NCBI RefSeq assembly: GCF_000354175.2
Contig: NC_022359.1
Span: 1,050,001 to 1,082,000, forward strand
Length of the DNA stretch: 32,000 nt
Direction: 5' to 3'
Source of the DNA: Vibrio alginolyticus NBRC 15630 = ATCC 17749
Lineage (GTDB): Bacteria; Pseudomonadota; Gammaproteobacteria; Enterobacterales; Vibrionaceae
The translations under genes were made by a program, and so were the position numbers. Shown in pieces: positions 27,125-32,000 of the stretch; position 1 is the first letter of the stretch, and each line of letters starts with the position of its first letter. The notes beneath the pieces are model-generated. The model made no database searches. It was not told the origin of the DNA and saw nothing but the letters and a program-made list of their open reading frames with translations.

Positions 27125-28303
27125 ATGGACGCTATTACTATTAAAAATCTTGATGTCGTTTTTGGTCAGCAACAAGCACAGGCGCTAGCACTACTAGATC
27201 AAGGGAAGTCTCGACAAGAAATCATTGATGAAACTGGCCAAGTGGTTGGGGTTGATAATGTTTCGCTGAACGTGAAACAGGGTGAGATCTGTGTCTTGAT
27301 GGGGCTTTCGGGCTCGGGTAAATCAAGTTTGCTGCGAACGGTTAACGGATTGAACGATATCTCTCGTGGCTCTCTGAAAATCAAAGATGGCGACGATATG
27401 GTTGAGCTCTCTAACTGTGACGAACAGAAGCTGCGCCACCTTCGTACGCACCGCGTGTCCATGGTGTTTCAGAAGTTTGCATTGATGCCATGGTTAACGG
27501 TGTTAGACAATGTAGCGTTTGGTCTAGAGATGCAAGGCATTGGTAAAGCTGAGCGCCGTAAAAAAGCGCGTGAACAGCTCGAAATGGTCGGTTTGTCTGA
27601 GTGGGAAACGAAATTCCCGCACGAGCTCTCTGGTGGTATGCAGCAGCGTGTTGGCCTAGCGCGAGCGTTCGCGATGGACACAGATATCTTGTTAATGGAT
27701 GAGCCGTTTTCAGCGCTTGACCCATTGATTCGTGCTCAGCTTCAAGATGAATTGATTCTGCTGCAAGAAAAGCTAAACAAAACCATTCTTTTTGTGAGTC
27801 ACGACTTGGATGAGGCGCTTAAAATCGGCAACAACATCGCCATTATGGAATCAGGAAAGCTGATTCAACATGGCAAGCCAGAACAGATCATTCTTGCTCC
27901 AGAAAACGATTATGTGGCGGACTTTGTTGCTCACACTAATCCATTAAATGTGCTGAAGGGACGTTCCTTAATGCGTGACGATTTGGTTCGCGAAGATACG
28001 CGTGTTCTGATTTGCCCTGATAAAGATATTTGGGTGATACAAGAGAGCAAGGGGTTAAGTTTAGCGGATAAAGGTAAATCGTTGATTCAATGGAAGAGCG
28101 ATTCTTCGAACCTTGATGAAGTTAATGAAAACTCTCTGGTTCAGGTTAGCCCAGAAATCAGTATGCGAGAAGCGATTGAACTTAAACAGCGCAGCAATCA
28201 GCCTCTGCTTATGGTTGAAGATAATAAGCTGGTTGGTGTGTTAAGCGACAATGAGCTTTACGATGCATTGCTTGGTAATTTTAAGTCAGAGCAAGTTGCG
28301 TAA
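27125..28303 (+). CDS. proV: Glycine betaine/proline ABC transporter ATP-binding protein with C-terminal tandem CBS region
   Basis: Walker A GLSGSGKSS, signature LSGGMQQRVGLARA and Walker B ILLMDEPFSALD. There is a C-terminal extension of about 120 aa. RBS is AAGGAGG. Confidence 0.9.
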   Translation: MDAITIKNLDVVFGQQQAQALALLDQGKSRQEIIDETGQVVGVDNVSLNVKQGEICVLMGLSGSGKSSLLRTVNGLNDISRGSLKIKDGDDMVELSNCDEQKLRHLRTHRVSMVFQKFALMPWLTVLDNVAFGLEMQGIGKAERRKKAREQLEMVGLSEWETKFPHELSGGMQQRVGLARAFAMDTDILLMDEPFSALDPLIRAQLQDELILLQEKLNKTILFVSHDLDEALKIGNNIAIMESGKLIQHGKPEQIILAPENDYVADFVAHTNPLNVLKGRSLMRDDLVREDTRVLICPDKDIWVIQESKGLSLADKGKSLIQWKSDSSNLDEVNENSLVQVSPEISMREAIELKQRSNQPLLMVEDNKLVGVLSDNELYDALLGNFKSEQVA

Positions 28304-28322
28304 CGTTGACGCAGAACCAAGT

Positions 28323-28356
28323 AAAAAAGAGCCGCACATTAATGCGGCTCTTTTTA
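28323..28356. terminator. Bidirectional rho-independent terminator (proV and convergent nitroreductase gene)
   Basis: GAGCCGCA (28329-28336) pairs with TGCGGCTC (28343-28350) around the 6-nt loop CATTAA. It is flanked by an A-run upstream and T5 downstream. Confidence 0.85.
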
Positions 28357-28399
28357 GTTTAAACAATGAGTTAAGTCGCTAAGCTAAGACAATGGTCGA

Positions 28400-29056
28400 C
28401 TATAGAGTCGTAATTACCTCATCCATTGCAAGGCGTGCTTTTGGAAGACCATGATTGTAATCTTCCCCATCTTTATGGTAGCCAATCGCCAGCGCAACTT
28501 CACAAATATGGCCCTCGAGCTCTTCTTTAAACTCTTCTCCAATCAGAGCCGGATCGACACCTTCCATCGGTGTTGAATCAATGCCTAGTCGTGCCAATGT
28601 GTGTAGTAGGTTGCCTAGTGCCAAATAGACTTGTGCTTTTGTCCAGTTTCCGTTGAAGCCATTTTCGTCCGTATTTGCATCGGCAAAAGCGTAAGCACCC
28701 ATAAAGTTGTTGTACATCTCCGCTGGCAAGTGGCCAGATGTTACTTCTGCATCCACACGTTTCGCAAATTTCTCTTTAGTAAATTTAGGATCGTAAGCAA
28801 ACAGAATCGTATGTGATGCGGCTTTCGCGTGTGGTTGGTTAAACTGGTGCATATTTGCAAACGTATTGTGGAAACGTTGCTTCGCTTCATCACTTTCAAT
28901 AACGATGAATTTCCATGGTTGTGAGTTGATAGAAGACGCCGACAAACGCAGTGCTTCTTTGATTATCGCCATGTCTTCTTGAGAAACGCGCTTGGTTTCA
29001 TCATATTTTTTTGCAGTGTAACGGTTATTTAGATCGGTAATGATTTGATGGGACAC
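28400..29056 (-). CDS. nfsB: Oxygen-insensitive NAD(P)H nitroreductase / FMN reductase (NfsB, Vibrio fischeri FRase-I type)
   Basis: From GTG 29056 the product (M)SHQIITDLNNRYTAKKYD...SINSQPWKFIVIES...HTLARLGIDSTPMEG... is 218 aa. It is collinear with my recollection of V. fischeri FRase I (MTHPIIHDLENRYTSKKYD...). AAGAGGA lies 7 nt upstream of the GTG. The ORF-track ATG 29134 adds 26 aa without an RBS. Confidence 0.85.
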   Translation of the reverse strand: MSHQIITDLNNRYTAKKYDETKRVSQEDMAIIKEALRLSASSINSQPWKFIVIESDEAKQRFHNTFANMHQFNQPHAKAASHTILFAYDPKFTKEKFAKRVDAEVTSGHLPAEMYNNFMGAYAFADANTDENGFNGNWTKAQVYLALGNLLHTLARLGIDSTPMEGVDPALIGEEFKEELEGHICEVALAIGYHKDGEDYNHGLPKARLAMDEVITTL

Positions 29057-29198
29057 GTTTATATCCTCTTTATGTGATGACAGATGAGGATGCACTAGCA
29101 TCGAAAACCATGCGTACCTCGAATATGGGTTCATGATAATGGATATTTTTTCATTGATAAGAGGGTGTTTATTTAAATCACTTTTTACTTTTTGTTGA

Positions 29199-29222
29199 AA
29201 ATCGATGTGAGTTGATCGATTT
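29199..29222. promoter_or_regulatory. Palindrome AAATCGAT-N8-ATCGATTT in the nitroreductase/globin divergent region
   Basis: Perfect 8-bp arms (29199-29206 and 29215-29222). It lies 78 nt upstream of the globin ATG and 143 nt upstream of the nitroreductase GTG. Confidence 0.35.
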
Positions 29223-29299
29223 GAAACTTAAAAGTCCTTATTTGGAAGCTTTTATTTGATATTAAATTAAACTCATATTGAGGCGTAGGGGAAAGCAAC

Positions 29300-29734
29300 A
29301 TGAACGTGATTGAAGTTTTTAATGATAGCTATGAACGTTGTACTTCAGATCAGGAGTTTTTCGACTTGTTCTACAAAAATTTATGGTCGAAAAGCGCCAA
29401 CTTTAGACAGAAGTTTGACGGTATAGACATGCACCAACAAGTGAGAATGCTTAGAGGGTCTATCGTGTTTTTTATGATGGCAGATACCTCGACCGAAGCG
29501 CACAAAATGGTGGAAAAGTATGGGAAAAAGCATGCAAGTGCAGATATTGGTATAGAGCCGCAGGATTTTGATGTTTGGCTTGAGAGTTTGTTAGAAACGG
29601 TTCGGCAGTGTGATTCTGGGTACGATGCCGATGTTGAAACCGCTTGGCGAACATGCTTTAAAACGGGCTTAGAAGTAATGAAACAAGAATGTGATAAAGA
29701 AGATGGGCACATCCTTAAAGCGAGTACCAAATAA
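29300..29734 (+). CDS. Single-domain sensor-type (protoglobin/GCS-like) globin, stand-alone
   Basis: 144 aa, all-helical. The N-terminal pattern F..SY.R......FF..FY..L........KF...DM..Q..ML and the putative proximal-His context KKHASADIGIEPQDFDVWLESLL resemble H..IG(L/I).P..(Y/F) of globin-coupled-sensor globin domains. Assignment is from memory of the family only. Confidence 0.5.
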   Translation: MNVIEVFNDSYERCTSDQEFFDLFYKNLWSKSANFRQKFDGIDMHQQVRMLRGSIVFFMMADTSTEAHKMVEKYGKKHASADIGIEPQDFDVWLESLLETVRQCDSGYDADVETAWRTCFKTGLEVMKQECDKEDGHILKASTK

Positions 29735-29763
29735 GGAAGTAACGTGAGTGGTCGTTACTTCCT
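29734..29763. terminator. Perfect 11-bp hairpin between convergent globin and SPFH genes
   Basis: AGGAAGTAACG (29734-29744) pairs with CGTTACTTCCT (29753-29763) around an 8-nt loop. It overlaps the globin stop. On the minus strand it is followed by TATTTGG. Confidence 0.7.
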
Positions 29764-29775
29764 AGGGGCAGAATC

Positions 29776-30558
29776 TTACTTATCTTGTGTCTCTTTATTC
29801 TTTTTCACCGCTTCGGCGATATCACTGACAGCTTCGACAAGATTGATCGGCATTGGAAAAATAATAGTGGATGTTTTGTCTGTAGTGATTTCAGTGAGTG
29901 TCTGCATGTAACGTAATTGCAGTGCATTCGGTGCTTCGTTGAGCATTTGCGCTGCTTCTTTTAATTTATTTGAAGCCTCTAACTCACCAGTAGCGTGAAT
30001 GATCTTCGCCCTACGGTTACGTTCTGCTTCTGCCTGACGGGCTAGGGCTCTGACCATGCTGTCATTTAAATCAACATGTTTGACTTCAACCGTAGCAATC
30101 TTGATTCCCCAGTCATCAGTCTGTTGATCGAGAATGGATTGTAAATCCTTATTGAGGCGTTCTCGCTCTGATAGCAATTCATCGAGTTCATGCTGACCCA
30201 ATACCGAGCGCAGCGTGGTTTGTGCTAACTGACTGGTGGCATCGCTGTAGCTTTCAATATTGTTAATCGCCATTTGAGGATCGACTACGCGAAAATAAAC
30301 GACCGCGTTGACGCGCACAGAAACGTTATCTTTGGTAATTAAATCTTGTGTCGGCACATCCAAAACGACAGTACGTAAATCAACCCTCACCATTTGCTGA
30401 ATAAATGGGATAAGGATGATCAAACCAGGTCCTTTGACTTCTTGAAATCGACCAAGAAAGAACACAACCCCACGTTCGTATTCTCTCAAAACTTTGAACA
30501 TTTGGGTCGCTAGTGCGAACAGCAGCACCACGATCACCGCAACGGTATAGAGCATCAT
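29776..30558 (-). CDS. SPFH/Band-7 (prokaryotic stomatin-like) membrane protein
   Basis: N-terminal TM helix followed by an SPFH domain ([16 protein letters not shown]...[19 protein letters not shown]...) and a coiled-coil tail ([15 protein letters not shown]). Start is moved from 30588 to ATG 30558, which is preceded by AGGAGG overlapping the nfeD stop. Confidence 0.88.
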   Translation of the reverse strand: MMLYTVAVIVVLLFALATQMFKVLREYERGVVFFLGRFQEVKGPGLIILIPFIQQMVRVDLRTVVLDVPTQDLITKDNVSVRVNAVVYFRVVDPQMAINNIESYSDATSQLAQTTLRSVLGQHELDELLSERERLNKDLQSILDQQTDDWGIKIATVEVKHVDLNDSMVRALARQAEAERNRRAKIIHATGELEASNKLKEAAQMLNEAPNALQLRYMQTLTEITTDKTSTIIFPMPINLVEAVSDIAEAVKKNKETQDK

Positions 30559-30568
30559 AAAGCGCCTC

Positions 30569-31945
30569 CTATTTATTTTGGCGGTCATCAGGCATCACAG
30601 TTAAGGTCAGCCCTTTAACATTAACAATGGTGACGTGATCACCTTGTTTGAATTGTTGATGGTCTTTGGCTTTAGCTCGCCATAAAGCACCGTTGAGTTG
30701 AACGCGTCCTTCGCCATCGATAAAGTCATCGCTTACCACAGCGACCTTCCCAGGGTAAGTCTCTAAACCCGTCGTTACACGCCGGCGGCGAATTTTGAGC
30801 AGCAGGCCGACGGTCAGCACGATTAGAGCTACGGAAAATATGGCAATACCAAAAATCAAAGGAAGGGCGATCTGGAACCCTGGTAACTCACTGTCCATGA
30901 GAAATATCGAACCGAGTACAAAGGCGACAACACCGCCTAAGCCCAAAATACCAAAGCTCGGGCTGAATGCTTCCGCTATCATTAGTGCAATACCGAGTAA
31001 CAGCAGACCAAGACCTGCGTAGTTGACGGGCATCATTTGTAATGCGTACATGGCAAGAAGCAGACAAATCCCACCTAGCACACCGGGTAAGCCAATTCCT
31101 GGGTTGTAAAATTCAAGAAGTAAACCGTAGATGCCGATGAGCATTAGAATGTAGGCAACGTTTGGATTGGTGATAACGGCTAACATTTCTGCTCGCCAAT
31201 CTGGCGTTCTTTCAACCCATGTTGGATTTTCAAGTGACAATGTCACAGTGCGATTGTTTACTTTAACTGTTTGCCCATCTATGGCTTTGACTAAGTCCTC
31301 TGGAGAATTGGCGACGTAATCGATCACGTTTAATTCTAATGCTTCTGTTGCATCCAAGCTCGCCGCTTCGCTTACTGCTTTCTCTGCCCATTCTGCATTT
31401 CGTCCATGAAGTTTTGCTAAGCCTTTAATGTAGGCTTTGGCGTCGTTAATTACCTTTTTCTCCATTGCGGTTTTAGCGGGAACTTTCTCTGAGCTTTCGT
31501 TGGTTCCTTCTGGCGTTTCTTCCGCGTTTTGATCTTTGCCATCATCCGATGAAGGAGGTTGAGGCGTACCACCTAACGCGACGGGCGTTGCAGCTCCGAG
31601 GTTTGTCGCTTCAGCCATGGCGGCTACGTGACTAGCGAGCAAGATGTATGTTCCTGCACTGGCAGCTCTAGAACCAGATGGGCCGACCCAAGTTGCAATG
31701 GGAGTCGAGGAGGTGGTAATCGCGTGAATAATATCTCGCATTGCGCTATCTAAGCCGCCTGGTGTGTCCATCTCTAAGATCACTAAACTGACACCGTTTA
31801 GTTGAGCTTCTTCTATTTCACGAGATAAATAGTCGCTAGTAGCAGGCCCTATAGCGCCTTTGACAGGAACAATCCAAACGGTATTCGCCAGTGCTTGACT
31901 GGCAATCAAGAGTAAAGGTAAGAACCATATCCATAGTCGTTTCAT
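30569..31945 (-). CDS. Long NfeD-family membrane-bound serine protease (ClpP-like domain + TM region + C-terminal NfeD/OB domain)
   Basis: 458 aa with a signal peptide and a ClpP-class domain ([23 protein letters not shown]). A multi-TM block follows, then a C-terminal beta domain ([14 protein letters not shown]...[16 protein letters not shown]). It is coupled to the downstream SPFH gene. RBS is AAGGAGG. Confidence 0.85.
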   Translation of the reverse strand: MKRLWIWFLPLLLIASQALANTVWIVPVKGAIGPATSDYLSREIEEAQLNGVSLVILEMDTPGGLDSAMRDIIHAITTSSTPIATWVGPSGSRAASAGTYILLASHVAAMAEATNLGAATPVALGGTPQPPSSDDGKDQNAEETPEGTNESSEKVPAKTAMEKKVINDAKAYIKGLAKLHGRNAEWAEKAVSEAASLDATEALELNVIDYVANSPEDLVKAIDGQTVKVNNRTVTLSLENPTWVERTPDWRAEMLAVITNPNVAYILMLIGIYGLLLEFYNPGIGLPGVLGGICLLLAMYALQMMPVNYAGLGLLLLGIALMIAEAFSPSFGILGLGGVVAFVLGSIFLMDSELPGFQIALPLIFGIAIFSVALIVLTVGLLLKIRRRRVTTGLETYPGKVAVVSDDFIDGEGRVQLNGALWRAKAKDHQQFKQGDHVTIVNVKGLTLTVMPDDRQNK

Positions 31946-32000
31946 GCAGTCCTCCTTGTGTGGTCACAGGGACTTTTTGAAATCCTAATTCAAGTATATC

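Noticed and set aside
29057-29134. ORF-track N-terminal extensions: nitroreductase 29134, liuD 6149, liuE 4111, hydrolase 15296, SPFH 30588, SDR 17400, maa 1435
   Set aside because: In each case an internal start has a well-spaced Shine-Dalgarno sequence, reproduces the family N-terminus, and removes implausible overlaps with the upstream gene. The extensions have no RBS.
29776-31945. NfeD/SPFH pair as a candidate undescribed system
   Set aside because: This is a widely conserved, already described operon type (stomatin plus its NfeD protease partner). Nothing in its sequence or neighbours here departs from that pattern.
1-32000. Search for a novel multi-gene system (defence island, toxin-antitoxin, secretion, prophage, integron, CRISPR) anywhere in the window
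   Set aside because: Every ORF longer than about 100 aa on a plausible strand has a confident conventional assignment. I found no transposase, integrase, tRNA, direct-repeat array, nuclease/helicase/ATPase gene of unknown type, or run of hypothetical genes. Claiming a new system here would be unsupported.

Overview
The window looks like a Vibrio-type gammaproteobacterial metabolic region. That inference rests on gene content and order (betIBA-proXWV, liu/ivd clusters, a Vibrio fischeri FRase-I-like nitroreductase), not on any search. I call 28 protein-coding genes and recognise no rRNA, tRNA, CRISPR array, transposase, integrase or phage gene.

Layout, left to right:
- 2-3012: 3' part of a MocR/GntR-aminotransferase regulator, a Maa-type hexapeptide acetyltransferase, an MscS-family channel and a small DUF1840 protein.
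- 3188-10311, minus strand: complete leucine/isovalerate catabolic operon liuR-liuABCDE.
- 10521-18164, plus strand, divergent from liuR: seven-gene valine/isoleucine distal-catabolism operon (thiolase, mmsA, acyl-CoA dehydrogenase, crotonase, 3-hydroxyisobutyryl-CoA hydrolase, mmsB, SDR).
- 18600-20648: a lone membrane GGDEF diguanylate cyclase, bracketed by the two longest and most AT-rich non-coding stretches in the window.
- 21254-28303: betI-betB-betA-proX-proW-proV (choline to glycine betaine, plus a compatible-solute ABC importer).
- 28400-29734: an NfsB/FRase-I-type nitroreductase divergent from an orphan sensor-type globin.
- 29776-31945: an NfeD protease / SPFH (stomatin-like) membrane pair.

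Several ORF-track starts were re-called from RBS position and family N-termini: liuD, liuE, the hydrolase, the SDR, the nitroreductase (GTG), the SPFH gene and maa. proW appears to start at TTG.

I do not see a convincing new multi-gene system. Almost everything is well-known core or accessory metabolism. The best second-look items are non-coding or single-gene:
- An 18-bp near-perfect inverted repeat inside the 605-bp betI upstream region.
- A roughly 45-50 aa insertion inside the catalytic domain of the GGDEF protein.
- A three-palindrome (ACGT-N2-ACGT) control region between liuR and the ivd-type operon.
- An unusually long, structured betB-betA spacer.
- A palindrome in the nitroreductase/globin divergent promoter region.
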